From positions 1-64,000 of the IMG/VR virus record IMGVR_UViG_3300033073_001248: DNA of 64,000 bases; one strand, 5' to 3'. Shown here in pieces: positions 32,476 through 42,474 of this stretch. Below the pieces are notes generated by a model. The model was not told the origin of the DNA, did no database searches, and was given only the letters and a program-made list of their open reading frames with translations. The translations under genes and the position numbers were made by a program. The first letter of the stretch is position 1, and the number at the start of each line of letters is the position of its first letter. The stretch is from a virus (Duplodnaviria > Caudoviricetes).

Positions 32476-33629
32476 TGTTTAGCACAAATTTTAAAATACA
32501 AAAAACAGAATTTAGTTTTACCATCGATCCCAAAGTCAGTGCTTTTACTGTGGCCAGTATTCCTAGACCATATGATGTAAAATTTGTTGACAGTGATGGT
32601 TTCGCTTGGCTTGCTGACACAATAAACTCAACCAAAGGTGCGCTATTATTGATTGATAGCAATGTTCGTAATCAGCTAATGGCTCATTTGAGTTTTACAG
32701 CGCCCACTTATCTTGTTGAAGCTGTGGAAGAAAACAAAAGCATTAACACTGTGCTTAAAATTTGCGATTGGTTACTGGAACAACGAGCCAATCGTGGTAG
32801 CCACTTGTATGTAGTGGGCGGCGGTATTGTACAAGATTTGGGTGCTTTTTCCGGTTATATGTACAAGCGAGGCATTCCGTGGACACTGGTACCTACTACA
32901 CTATTAAGTCAAGCAGACAGTGGGCTTGGTGGTAAAACTGCGGTAAACTATGGTTCAAGTAAAAATGTATTAGGCTTATTCAGTGCGCCCCGACAAGTAT
33001 TAGTAGATGCAGAGTTTACTAGGACACTAACAGACTTTGACTTTTTAAGTGGCGGTGGTGAAATACTAAGACTATTAACCACAGGCGGTGCAAGTTCTTT
33101 TGAATTTCTTGAGCAGACCGTTGATCAGTTTGTTGCTCGTGACGCTGAAGCTATCCAACAATTAACTGCATCCAGTTTGTTTGTCAAACAATCAATTGTA
33201 GAAGCAGATGAATTTGAAATAGATCTTCGTCGCAGTATGAACTATGGGCATAGCATTGGACATGCCATTGAAGCATTAAGCAACTACAAGATTCCACATG
33301 GTCAAGGTGTTGCACTAGGAATCTTTGTAGAGAATATGATTTCTGTTAATAGAAATTTGCTAGACAGTACTGTAGCAGACAGAATTTTCCGCACAGGACG
33401 CAAATTAATCAGCGATTCAGTTTGGCAAGAGTTCATCAATTTGGATGTTAGCAAACTGTTGCCCTATTTGTCCAACGATAAAAAAGCCCAGGGCACAACA
33501 CTGCCAATCGCTACGTTGGTCAGCCTAGGCAACATGCAATTCTTAGGATTGGAATTGAACGCAGACGGATTATTTGAAATTGAACAAGCAGTCAATAAGG
33601 TAAAACAAATTGAAAATATTGTTAGTTGA
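32475..33629 (+). CDS. 3-dehydroquinate-synthase-like sugar-phosphate cyclase
   Basis: GGGIVQDLG, PTTLLSQAD, GGKTAVN, KN, MNYGHSIGHAIE, HG. Confidence 0.85.
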   Translation: MFSTNFKIQKTEFSFTIDPKVSAFTVASIPRPYDVKFVDSDGFAWLADTINSTKGALLLIDSNVRNQLMAHLSFTAPTYLVEAVEENKSINTVLKICDWLLEQRANRGSHLYVVGGGIVQDLGAFSGYMYKRGIPWTLVPTTLLSQADSGLGGKTAVNYGSSKNVLGLFSAPRQVLVDAEFTRTLTDFDFLSGGGEILRLLTTGGASSFEFLEQTVDQFVARDAEAIQQLTASSLFVKQSIVEADEFEIDLRRSMNYGHSIGHAIEALSNYKIPHGQGVALGIFVENMISVNRNLLDSTVADRIFRTGRKLISDSVWQEFINLDVSKLLPYLSNDKKAQGTTLPIATLVSLGNMQFLGLELNADGLFEIEQAVNKVKQIENIVS

Positions 33630-34803
33630 TTTTGGTGCAACAAATATTAAATCTGTAGTCTATGACACAGACAGTGCCGCAGTAATTGACTTTGAAAGTG
33701 TTGCCAGTCCCAGTCAAACAAATCACGACACTGCACCGGCATTTACAGTACCTGTTAACTTGTACAGACAAGCCCTAGACATTACTGCTGGTAAACTGTT
33801 GGCCATGCATAATGATGTAGACAGCATTTATATCTGTTCGGAAATGCATGGCTTTACCATGGACAATCAATACATTAGTTGGAAAGATAGTAGAGCTGAT
33901 CTAAAAAAGATAGACAAGTTAGCCTTTTACAATGAAACAGGCTTAATTACACGCCCAGGTATTGCTTACGCTACCTTAAAAACACTAGAACCAAAAAATA
34001 AAAGAATTGGCACTCTTGTAGATGCTGTGTTAGACTCTAGTATAGGAAATGACATAACATTGACTGCCAGTCAAGGCTTTGTAAACAAGTATACACAGTT
34101 ACTCAGTACTAAAATTATAAACGAATTTGAAGGTCTATCAGTTGTTCCTTTGGCCCAAGGCTGTATAGGTACATACAGAAACAAAATGGTATATGGTGGT
34201 CTTGGAGATCTTCAAGCAGCTATTCTGGGCGCAGGCTTGGGTATTACCGCAGATATGGTCATTAACCTGGGCACAGGCAGTCAAGTTGCTGTACTTACAG
34301 ACAGCTTAGATCAAGGAGATCTAAGACCCTATGTCAACGGTACTTGGGTTAGAGTTCTAAGTCATATTCCATCAGGCCGAGCACTGAATGTAATTGCTGA
34401 ACTAGTTGAACCATCGAGGTTTTGGTCAATTTGGCAAAATTTAAACGCAGAAGAAATTTTAACCAGCGATTATCAACAGGTTGATTTGAATTTATTTGCC
34501 AGTGCTTGGCAATATACTAATTGTAGTGGCTTTATTAGACTTCAAGAAAGTCAAACAGTACAACACTTTGTAGCCGCAGTTGCAGCTGCATGGGTCAGAC
34601 AGTATGTTATTGCTATGCACAGACTTGATTGTAAAACAAATCAAACTCGGGTAGCGGTGTCCGGGGGATTGGCCCACAAGAGCCCATTCCTTATAGACTG
34701 TTTAACTACACTAAGTCCTGGTAGAACTTATTTTCAACCTAAACTAGCCACAGGTGAAGAAACACTAGACGGTCTCATAAAAATTCATGCTGACAAAAAA
34801 TGA
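33610..34803 (+). CDS. FGGY-like carbohydrate kinase
   Basis: LVDFGATNIK, GDLQAA.LG, NLGTGSQ, SGG. Confidence 0.7.
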   Translation: MKILLVDFGATNIKSVVYDTDSAAVIDFESVASPSQTNHDTAPAFTVPVNLYRQALDITAGKLLAMHNDVDSIYICSEMHGFTMDNQYISWKDSRADLKKIDKLAFYNETGLITRPGIAYATLKTLEPKNKRIGTLVDAVLDSSIGNDITLTASQGFVNKYTQLLSTKIINEFEGLSVVPLAQGCIGTYRNKMVYGGLGDLQAAILGAGLGITADMVINLGTGSQVAVLTDSLDQGDLRPYVNGTWVRVLSHIPSGRALNVIAELVEPSRFWSIWQNLNAEEILTSDYQQVDLNLFASAWQYTNCSGFIRLQESQTVQHFVAAVAAAWVRQYVIAMHRLDCKTNQTRVAVSGGLAHKSPFLIDCLTTLSPGRTYFQPKLATGEETLDGLIKIHADKK

Positions 34804-35618
34804 TTGAAATTATAAACAACAACAGACAAATTTTAATAAGCGATCAGCATTCACTTTATTTGGAAGAAATTAAAGCAGGATTTGATCATTATTTTGACAG
34901 TGTTGACTGCAGCACTTCAGCAGGAATTTCAACAGTTGATTTCAGCAGTCCTGGTTGGCATACAGTAAAAGGCTATAACAAGCACAAAATCTTCTTTCCT
35001 TTTGTTGCCGAACCACTGGCAACCACACAACAATATATTGACTTACTAGAACTGACATCAGGCGATACTATTCTTGACTTGGGTGCTTATTCTGGTTTGG
35101 CATCTATAATGTTTAAAGAAACAGTAGGTAAGACTGGGCATGTAATAGCAGTAGAAGCAGACCCCATTAATCATACAGCCTGTGCAACCAATTTTGCTGA
35201 ATATGAAAAAGTAACAGGACTAACAATTGATTTAATATCTGCTGCTGTTTGGAATCATTCTAATGGACTTGCTTTTACATCCGATGGATCCATGGGTTCT
35301 GCTGCACGAGAATTACTGCATGGAAAAAAGACTTCTATGCTCGTAAATTCTATAACCATTCCAGACATAGCTAAAAGATTTAACTTAGAAAAAGTTGACT
35401 GTATCAAATGCGATGTAGAAGGAGCAGAAAGAGTAGTGTTTGATGATCTACAATGGTTTGAATCTTTTAAACCCAAATTGATTATTGAGGTTCATCAAAC
35501 AGTAGATGCTGTTGCAGGCATTGAAAAATTAAAGACAATTGGTTATCAATTTGAATCACATGAACAAATTGGATGCGAGTATCCGTTGATGTTTGGAATT
35601 TATTCGAGTACATTATGA
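34800..35618 (+). CDS. FkbM-family methyltransferase
   Basis: LDLGAYSG, VIAVEADP, CIKCDVEGAE. Confidence 0.88.
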   Translation: MIEIINNNRQILISDQHSLYLEEIKAGFDHYFDSVDCSTSAGISTVDFSSPGWHTVKGYNKHKIFFPFVAEPLATTQQYIDLLELTSGDTILDLGAYSGLASIMFKETVGKTGHVIAVEADPINHTACATNFAEYEKVTGLTIDLISAAVWNHSNGLAFTSDGSMGSAARELLHGKKTSMLVNSITIPDIAKRFNLEKVDCIKCDVEGAERVVFDDLQWFESFKPKLIIEVHQTVDAVAGIEKLKTIGYQFESHEQIGCEYPLMFGIYSSTL

Positions 35619-36406
35619 AAATAGCAGTATTAGGCGCAAATGGATTTGTTGGCAGTAATTTGGCCAAACATCTTGCACACAAGCATCAAGTAGTGCCAGT
35701 TACAAGAAAAACTCTAGACCTATTAGACTGTGTCAAAGTCGCAAAGTTTTTGACTAAAGAAAAATTCGATGTTGTGATTATGGCAGCAGCCACTATGACT
35801 GACAATCAATCATTGGCAGATACAAGAAACAACTTAGGTATTTTTATGAACTTTTATAATAACAGTGACTTGTTTAAAAAGTTTATCAACTTGGGCAGTG
35901 GAGCAGAATACGACAAATCGCAGAACTTAGACTGTGTCGAAGAAACAGAAATTTTTACAAGATTGCCACAGGACAGTTATGGATTTGGGCAAAATCTTAA
36001 AAGTAGACTCAGCGTAGAAAAACCAGGATTTTACAATCTTAGAATTTTTAACTGTTTTGGTAAAGGTGAGATCCCTACCAGATTGTTTCCAAAATTGTTA
36101 AAGACCAAAACAAAATTTGAAATTACTGATGATAGATATTTTGATTATTTCAGCATTCAAGATTTGTGTACAGTGGTTGAAAGTTTTGTAGAAAATAATC
36201 ATGTTGTTTACGATGTAAACTGTGTATACGAAAATAAAATTAAAATAAGCCAAGCTGCTAAATTATTTGCTGATATTAAAAAATTACGACAAGAAATTGT
36301 AGTGGTCAGTACCAGCAAGAATAATTATACTGGTAGCCACGAAAATTTATATTCACTGGGAATCGATTTGCAGGGGCTTGAACAGGGATTTAAAGATTAT
36401 GTATAA
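35615..36406 (+). CDS. NAD-dependent epimerase/dehydratase (extended SDR)
   Basis: GANGFVG, GSGAEY, YGFGQ, LRIFNCFG. Confidence 0.85.
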   Translation: MKIAVLGANGFVGSNLAKHLAHKHQVVPVTRKTLDLLDCVKVAKFLTKEKFDVVIMAAATMTDNQSLADTRNNLGIFMNFYNNSDLFKKFINLGSGAEYDKSQNLDCVEETEIFTRLPQDSYGFGQNLKSRLSVEKPGFYNLRIFNCFGKGEIPTRLFPKLLKTKTKFEITDDRYFDYFSIQDLCTVVESFVENNHVVYDVNCVYENKIKISQAAKLFADIKKLRQEIVVVSTSKNNYTGSHENLYSLGIDLQGLEQGFKDYV

Positions 36407-37181
36407 TATTGATAGCTGTCCTGCATGCGGTTCTGACAACATTACCAAACTGCCAGCATACATGCATGAATTTGTAGCTTGGAGAGTAACGGGCTATAGA
36501 CCCCATGGACATTTGCCCATTAAAGGCGTACACTGTTTGAGTTGTCAATTTACCTGCAGCGACAGCAGATTAGATGACAGGGAAGAACAATTACTGTACG
36601 ATGATTACCGGGGTGCCAGTTATAACCAACAAAGAATTGCATGCGAACCTACATATGAAAATTATTTAAATAATTTTGACAGCAACGAATACATGCAGAT
36701 AAGACGATTTGGTATTATGGAATTAATAAACAAATATGTTGATGCTGCAAATATTCAAACTGTCTTAGACTACGGTGGTAATAAAGGCGAACATATCCCC
36801 CAAGTTTTCAATCATGCCAAAAGATATGTTTACGATATCAGCAATGTTGGCTTGTTGCCGGGAGTAGAATTATTTGATGTAAATTCAACTGAGGTTATGG
36901 ATTTTATCATGTGCTGTCATGTACTAGAACATAAATCCGAACCCGCAGAACTAATTGAGCAAATCAAGAAATACGCAGATAACAACACTTGGTTTTATAT
37001 TGAAGTGCCTGACAACGAAATTTATTCTCTGCCCGGTGCTGTATTTCACGAACATATAAATTCCTTTACTTACAAATCAATGGTATCACTTTTGAGTAGA
37101 CACGGAATAGAAGTGGTAGAAATAATATCAACATCTGCTAACAATGAACATATAATGTGCGTATTGGGAAAACTTAAATGA
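36399..37181 (+). CDS. class I SAM methyltransferase with N-terminal Zn ribbon
   Basis: CPACGS...CLSC, VLDYGG, HVLEH..P, IEVP..HINSF. Confidence 0.85.
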   Translation: MYNIDSCPACGSDNITKLPAYMHEFVAWRVTGYRPHGHLPIKGVHCLSCQFTCSDSRLDDREEQLLYDDYRGASYNQQRIACEPTYENYLNNFDSNEYMQIRRFGIMELINKYVDAANIQTVLDYGGNKGEHIPQVFNHAKRYVYDISNVGLLPGVELFDVNSTEVMDFIMCCHVLEHKSEPAELIEQIKKYADNNTWFYIEVPDNEIYSLPGAVFHEHINSFTYKSMVSLLSRHGIEVVEIISTSANNEHIMCVLGKLK

Positions 37182-38131
37182 CAAAGAAAATAGTTTATGT
37201 AACAGGCTGTTTGGGTTTTATGGGCAGTCATGTCACTGAAGCTTGTTTAGCCAAAGGTTGGTATGTAATTGGTGTAGATAACTGTACCTATGCAGCCAAT
37301 ACAGGTTGGATTGACAGTTGGGACATGCGTTATCCCAATCAGTTTAATTTTATCAAATCGGACATCAATGACTTAGATAGGCTATATGACTGCGATTACA
37401 TCATTAACATGGCTGCAGAAACTCATGTAGACAACAGCATTGAAGACAGCGACAGATTTGTACACAGCAATATAAATGGCGTACACAACATTCTTAAATT
37501 GATTAACAAAAAGAAACATCGTAGACCTGTGCTGTTACATTTTAGCACAGATGAAGTCTACGGAGATATTGAACAAGGCAGTCACACAGAAACGGACTTG
37601 TTAAAGCCCAGTAACCCCTACAGTGCTACCAAAGCAGCCGCAGACCATTTGGTAACCAGCTGGGGCAGAACTTATGGAGTTCCTTATGTTATTGTGCGCC
37701 CCACCAACAACTATGGTATCGGGCAGTATGTGGAAAAACTTATTCCCAAGACTGTTAAGTATCTTACAGTGGGTCGTAGGATAGATCTGCACAACAATGG
37801 CACTCCTGTGCGTACTTGGTTGTTTGCTGGTGATACTGCACAGGCTGTTATTACTATTATCGAATCTGGCGTGCAAAATGAAATATTCAATATCAGCGGT
37901 AATTATGAAACACAAAACATTGTAGTGGTTAAAAAGATCCTGGATTTGATCATGCAGGATAAAAACTATAACATCGAAGACCACATCGAACACTTGAACA
38001 GAATTGGGCAGGATGTTCGATACAGCATAGATGACACAAAACTAAAACAATTGGGATGGCAACCTCAAGCAGAGTTTGACAAAGAGCTGGAAAAAATAGT
38101 ACAATACTATCAAGAAAACTTTATTTGGTAA
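37178..38131 (+). CDS. rfbB: NDP-glucose 4,6-dehydratase (RmlB/RfbB-like)
   Basis: TGCLGFMG, AAETHVDNS, STDEVYG, YSATK, RPTNNYG, GQDVRYSID. Confidence 0.88.
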   Translation: MTKKIVYVTGCLGFMGSHVTEACLAKGWYVIGVDNCTYAANTGWIDSWDMRYPNQFNFIKSDINDLDRLYDCDYIINMAAETHVDNSIEDSDRFVHSNINGVHNILKLINKKKHRRPVLLHFSTDEVYGDIEQGSHTETDLLKPSNPYSATKAAADHLVTSWGRTYGVPYVIVRPTNNYGIGQYVEKLIPKTVKYLTVGRRIDLHNNGTPVRTWLFAGDTAQAVITIIESGVQNEIFNISGNYETQNIVVVKKILDLIMQDKNYNIEDHIEHLNRIGQDVRYSIDDTKLKQLGWQPQAEFDKELEKIVQYYQENFIW

Positions 38132-38134
38132 CAC

Positions 38135-39454
38135 ATGGAACAGATCCTACAACAAGTTAGAGAATATATTCAACGCAAGCAACAGACAAAAACTTGGCGC
38201 GAGGGTAAAGACTTTGTCAACTATGCTGGTGCATACTATGATGAAAGTGAATATGTAGCTGGCGTGGAAAGCCTGCTAAAAGGTTGGTTGGCCATGGGCG
38301 ATGCTGGCCTTAAATTTGAACGAGAGTTTCCTAAGCAGTTTGGCAAGACAAAAGGCATTGTTACAAACAGTGGCAGTTCTAGTAATTTGCTAATGATGGC
38401 CAGTTTGACCAGCAAGCGTGGTTATAACTTGCCTAAAGGTACGAAAGTATTGATGCCTATTGCAGGATTTCCTACCACATTAAATCCTACACTGCAAATG
38501 GGTTTTCAGCCCGTGTTTGTAGACATTGAGCTGGATACATTGAATCTTAACTTAGATCAAGTTGAAGCAGCCCTAAAACAACAGCCTGACATTCGTGTTA
38601 TTACTTTTGCTCATGTACTGGGCAATCCACCTAACATGTATAGGCTTATGGAATTGGTAAAACGGTATGATTTAATTTTATTGGAAGACTGCTGTGATGC
38701 ACTGGGCAGTACCTACGATGGCGTACCTCTTGGATCCTTTGGTCTAATGAGTAGTTGCAGTTTTTATCCTGCACACCATATGACCATGGGTGAAGGCGGT
38801 TATGTAGCTACAAATGACGCACAACAAGATATCATTCTTCGCAGTTTCCGTGAATGGGGTCGTGGCTGTTATTGCGTAGGGCCCGAAGCTAACAAGTTAA
38901 AGTGCGGCACTTGTGGCAAGCGTTTTAATAATTGGATTCCTACTCTGCCAGATGAAATCTTTGACCACAAATATGTCTACGATGAAATTGGCTACAACCT
39001 AAAACCAATTGAATTACAGTGTGCCATGGGCTTAGAACAGTTAAAGAAACTGCCTGAAATTCATGAACTGCGAAAGCGTAACTATGCACTGCTGTTTGAC
39101 ATTTATAAAGAATATGAAGAATTTTTCCACTTACCTCGAGCACAGGCCAAATCGGATCCATCATGGTTTGCTTTTCCCTTAACAATAAGGCAGGGCGCAC
39201 CATTTAGTCGAAGTGATATAGTAGACTATTTGGAAGAAAACCTTATTCAGACTCGTCCGTATTTTGCTGGTAATATTATGTTACAACCAGCATACAGCCA
39301 CTTGATGGATCCGATGGTAGCCAAGAATAATTTCCCTATGGCTACCCATGCTATGACACACACTTATTTCCATGGCACAAGTCCTGTTATTACGCCTGAA
39401 CAGATTGCTTATATTGGAAAAATTGTTCGGGGCTTTATGAGTTTGTATGTGTAA
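38135..39454 (+). CDS. rfbH: CDP-4-keto-6-deoxyglucose 3-dehydrase E1 (RfbH/DdhC)
   Basis: DegT-fold protein with His in place of the Schiff-base Lys (SFYPAHHMTMGEGG), WGRGCYC..CG motif, HKYVY..IGYNLK. Confidence 0.9.
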   Translation: MEQILQQVREYIQRKQQTKTWREGKDFVNYAGAYYDESEYVAGVESLLKGWLAMGDAGLKFEREFPKQFGKTKGIVTNSGSSSNLLMMASLTSKRGYNLPKGTKVLMPIAGFPTTLNPTLQMGFQPVFVDIELDTLNLNLDQVEAALKQQPDIRVITFAHVLGNPPNMYRLMELVKRYDLILLEDCCDALGSTYDGVPLGSFGLMSSCSFYPAHHMTMGEGGYVATNDAQQDIILRSFREWGRGCYCVGPEANKLKCGTCGKRFNNWIPTLPDEIFDHKYVYDEIGYNLKPIELQCAMGLEQLKKLPEIHELRKRNYALLFDIYKEYEEFFHLPRAQAKSDPSWFAFPLTIRQGAPFSRSDIVDYLEENLIQTRPYFAGNIMLQPAYSHLMDPMVAKNNFPMATHAMTHTYFHGTSPVITPEQIAYIGKIVRGFMSLYV

Positions 39455-39462
39455 ATACATGC

Positions 39463-39831
39463 ATGAGCTGGCATGATTTTGTTAGAGCAAGTTATGACTT
39501 GGTTATGGAAAGTGAAGGTCTTAGTGACACTTACTTAGACAACGAAGTTGAAACTTATGTTGTACACTTGTTGGCCAAAAACTTTGTTAAACTTAACATA
39601 AACGAAGAAGCCATTGCCATACAAATCCTCAGCGGCAAAGATTACCAACACATAGGTGACGAGTGTTTGCTGATCAACAGTTATCCTCTCAAACGCAGAC
39701 GCTGGCCCACTGACACTTACTATAGAGACATGGGCACCATAGCATATGGTATGGCCAATATAACTGTCATGGAATCAAATTTTGATAACGCCAGCCGTGT
39801 ATTACACAATGTGTTTTGCCGAATAGGTTGA
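39463..39831 (+). CDS. phage hypothetical protein
   Basis: 122 aa, preceded by TAAATA. Confidence 0.6.
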   Translation: MSWHDFVRASYDLVMESEGLSDTYLDNEVETYVVHLLAKNFVKLNINEEAIAIQILSGKDYQHIGDECLLINSYPLKRRRWPTDTYYRDMGTIAYGMANITVMESNFDNASRVLHNVFCRIG

Positions 39832-39883
39832 TGTTTATTCAATAATGTGCTAACATTATGGCTCAATTAACTTTGGAGTTATA

Positions 39884-40039
39884 ATGTTCGAATCTATCGA
39901 AATCCGAAAAGCCGCAAATGGCTTTATCCTTGTTGTCCACACCGAGGACGAAGACAAGGAATATGTCTACGACACCAGTCGTAAACTCATGCGAGTGATT
40001 AAGCAATATATTGACGCAGACAACAAATCTGAAGAGTAA
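39884..40039 (+). CDS. small hypothetical protein (51 aa)
   Basis: GGAG SD; MFESIEIRKAANGFILVV...; not in the ORF track. Confidence 0.65.
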   Translation: MFESIEIRKAANGFILVVHTEDEDKEYVYDTSRKLMRVIKQYIDADNKSEE

Positions 40040-40101
40040 ACCTAAGTATTAACCCTTCAGTTTACTAGGGTATTGCAAATAATTCGCGTTTCTGTTATAA
40101 T
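40037..40101 (+). promoter_or_regulatory. sigma70 promoter with upstream operator-like motif (copy 1)
   Basis: TAAACCTAAGTATTA, AACCC-N12-GGGTATT, then TTGCAA-N17-TATAAT. Confidence 0.7.
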
Positions 40102-40127
40102 TGCATTATTGCAAAAAAGGAAATTAT

Positions 40128-40349
40128 ATGACCCCAAAACAAATCGCTGTTCTTAACACTTTCAAAGTCCTTGCCATTGGCATTGGCGGTGGATTTTTTG
40201 TTGCTGTTTTGCTATCGTTTTTTACTCTTGAAGAAATTGGTCTTGGCCTTGCTATTATTTTGCTGATCAGCGCCATGAAACTTACCTACGAGATGGAATT
40301 GAGTAAAGCAGAAAGCCTGGCTAAGTTGAACGAAATTAGCAAAAAGTAA
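40128..40349 (+). CDS. small membrane protein (two TM helices)
   Basis: AAGGA SD; hydrophobic VLAIGIGGGFFVAVLL and GLGLAIILLI. Confidence 0.65.
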   Translation: MTPKQIAVLNTFKVLAIGIGGGFFVAVLLSFFTLEEIGLGLAIILLISAMKLTYEMELSKAESLAKLNEISKK

Positions 40350-40425
40350 TACCTAGGTATTACATTTGGGCAATAACCCATCATTAAGAATGGGTATTGC
40401 TCAAAAATGGATAATTTGCTATAAT
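40347..40425 (+). promoter_or_regulatory. sigma70 promoter with upstream operator-like motif (copy 2)
   Basis: Perfect palindrome TAATACCTAGGTATTA, AACCC-N12-GGGTATT, then TTGCTC-N17-TATAAT. Confidence 0.7.
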
Positions 40426-40455
40426 AATGACATGATGAACACAAAAGGAGCTAGT

Positions 40456-41484
40456 ATGTCAGCAGTAATTCGTATCCGCAAGGGCACTTACCGTAATCAA
40501 GAAATTAAAGGTCAAGTGTTTGAATTGGTTGAGCAGTATAAGCGAACCGCTACCGGTGGTTTCGTCACTGTTCGCAATGGCGACAATTTCCCTGGCTTTC
40601 CCGACACCATTCGTGTTAAGGTCACGGGTGTTGATGCCTACGAATTTGTCAGCGGAGAAGATGCTGTGGAAACTGTGAAAGCCGCTCCTGTTGCAGCAGA
40701 GTCCGAGTCCGACCAAGACGCAATGACTCGTATCCGCGAGCGTTTTGAAATCCTTACCGAAATGACCAAAGCGGCGACCAGCGGTGACATTCGTGCTATG
40801 ATTGTGTCAGGTCCCCCGGGCGTTGGCAAAAGCTACGGTGTTGAAACTGAAGTTGAAAAAGCCTGTTTGTTTGACCAAATCGCTGGCAAACGCCTTCGTG
40901 CAGAAGTTGTCAAAGGTAGTGCAACGGCATTGGGCTTGTACTGCACTCTGTACAAATATTCCGATCCCAATTGTGTTCTTGTGTTTGACGACTGTGACAG
41001 CATTCTGCTGGACGATGTGGCACTGAACCTCTTGAAGGGTGCCTTGGATTCGGGCAAGAAGCGCAAGATCTCTTGGCTCAGTGACAGTTCTATGCTGCGC
41101 CGTGAAGGTGTGCCAGATCAGTTTAACTTTAACGGTAGTATTATCTTTATTACCAACTTGAAGTTTGACAAGATGAAGAGCCAAAAGTTGCGTGACCACT
41201 TGGATGCACTGCAAAGTCGTTGCCACTACTTGGACTTGACTCTGGACACTATGCGTGACAAGTTCCTTCGCATCAAGCAGATTGCAGGTGACGGTGAGCT
41301 GTTTCAGGACTATGACTTTGGTGACATTGGCCGTGATGAGATTCTTGACTTCATGTATGAAAACAAGAACAGCCTTCGTGAAATGAGTCTGCGTATGGCG
41401 CTGAAGATTGCGGATCTCCGCAAGAGCTTTCCCCTGCGTTGGCAAGCTATGGCTCGTACGACCTGTATGAAGCCTGCCGAATAA
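40456..41484 (+). CDS. AAA+ ATPase with N-terminal beta domain
   Basis: SGPPGVGKS Walker A, LVFDDCD Walker B, ITN, ALQSR; AAGGAG SD. Confidence 0.85.
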   Translation: MSAVIRIRKGTYRNQEIKGQVFELVEQYKRTATGGFVTVRNGDNFPGFPDTIRVKVTGVDAYEFVSGEDAVETVKAAPVAAESESDQDAMTRIRERFEILTEMTKAATSGDIRAMIVSGPPGVGKSYGVETEVEKACLFDQIAGKRLRAEVVKGSATALGLYCTLYKYSDPNCVLVFDDCDSILLDDVALNLLKGALDSGKKRKISWLSDSSMLRREGVPDQFNFNGSIIFITNLKFDKMKSQKLRDHLDALQSRCHYLDLTLDTMRDKFLRIKQIAGDGELFQDYDFGDIGRDEILDFMYENKNSLREMSLRMALKIADLRKSFPLRWQAMARTTCMKPAE

Positions 41485-41553
41485 CCCCTGCCGTGTGCGT
41501 AACCGGCGTTCACACAAGTGTGATGTAAGCCCGGTTTCGATAAAGGAATAAAA

Positions 41554-41808
41554 ATGTCAAAAGAAATTCCAGACCACCGCGATCAATTGGGTCAGGTTCT
41601 TAACCTAGGTGACTGTGTGGCCTATCCGCAGAGTAATAATTTGGTTATTGGTGTTGTTCGTAAACTCAACCCTAAGATGATTGGGGTTCTTAGGATTGGT
41701 AAAAACGGTTGGGGTGTTAAAGAACTAAACAAATATCCTGTAGACTGTGTTAAACTGGAAGGGCCCGAAGTTACTATGTTTCTTCTTAAACATTCAGGGG
41801 AAAAATAA
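41554..41808 (+). CDS. hypothetical protein (SH3-like pattern)
   Basis: DQLGQVLNLGDCVAY; AAGGA SD. Confidence 0.6.
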   Translation: MSKEIPDHRDQLGQVLNLGDCVAYPQSNNLVIGVVRKLNPKMIGVLRIGKNGWGVKELNKYPVDCVKLEGPEVTMFLLKHSGEK

Positions 41809-42176
41809 TGCCGTGTATGAGTTATGATACTAATTGGGCCAATCACAGTGTTTATAAAGACAGTCGTGAATTGAAATTGTTAAAAGAAGAAGCAGATAAG
41901 TTGGCTCGTATTGCTTGTCAAGCTCTTTATGAACTTGAAAAAGTTGATCCCCAATCTAATGTGCTATCTATTCCCAGTGAACTGACGGTATGGTGGCGAG
42001 ATCATAAAAAAGCAGATGCGGCCCGTGCAGCTGCTGAACTTAAGGAAAAGAATAAAAAGGCCGCACTGGCCAGGAAAAATGCTGAACTGAAGCGTAAGCG
42101 TCAAGCAGCATTGGCAAAACTAACTGATGAAGAACAGGCTGTATTTGGTCTAAAGGTGCATCATGGACAAGCATGA
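41808..42176 (+). CDS. hypothetical helical protein
   Basis: MPC...WW..H..AD; translationally coupled. Confidence 0.65.
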   Translation: MPCMSYDTNWANHSVYKDSRELKLLKEEADKLARIACQALYELEKVDPQSNVLSIPSELTVWWRDHKKADAARAAAELKEKNKKAALARKNAELKRKRQAALAKLTDEEQAVFGLKVHHGQA

Positions 42177-42474
42177 TATTTTAGAAATTATTGAAAAAGA
42201 AACTGCTAAACTAACTCCTGGCTATTGCAGGTACGCCAAATTGGCCATGTTGGAACTTGAGCGTAACGACATGACTTCATTTGTTTTGCTGCGTAATGAA
42301 GAACTGCGAGTGTGGTGGTCAGGGGAAATTGCCAGAATTGAAAAACGATATAATCGTGCGGCACAAGCTCGTCTTGAGTATGAAATTAAATTGTCAGCAT
42401 GGAATAAACTAACTCCCGAAGATCGAAAGGTCCTTGGACTTCGTCGACCCGTTGAACCCAAAGGAATGCAATGA
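42163..42474 (+). CDS. hypothetical helical protein, paralog-like to 41808-42176
   Basis: Shares ELxVWW and KLT.E...V.GL patterns. Confidence 0.6.
   Translation: MDKHDILEIIEKETAKLTPGYCRYAKLAMLELERNDMTSFVLLRNEELRVWWSGEIARIEKRYNRAAQARLEYEIKLSAWNKLTPEDRKVLGLRRPVEPKGMQ

Noticed and set aside
41485-41553. Small hairpinned intergenic element after the AAA ATPase (GTGTG/CACAC, AACCGG/CCGGTT)
   Set aside because: Short helices only; cannot be distinguished from chance or a simple mRNA-stabilising structure without homologs.
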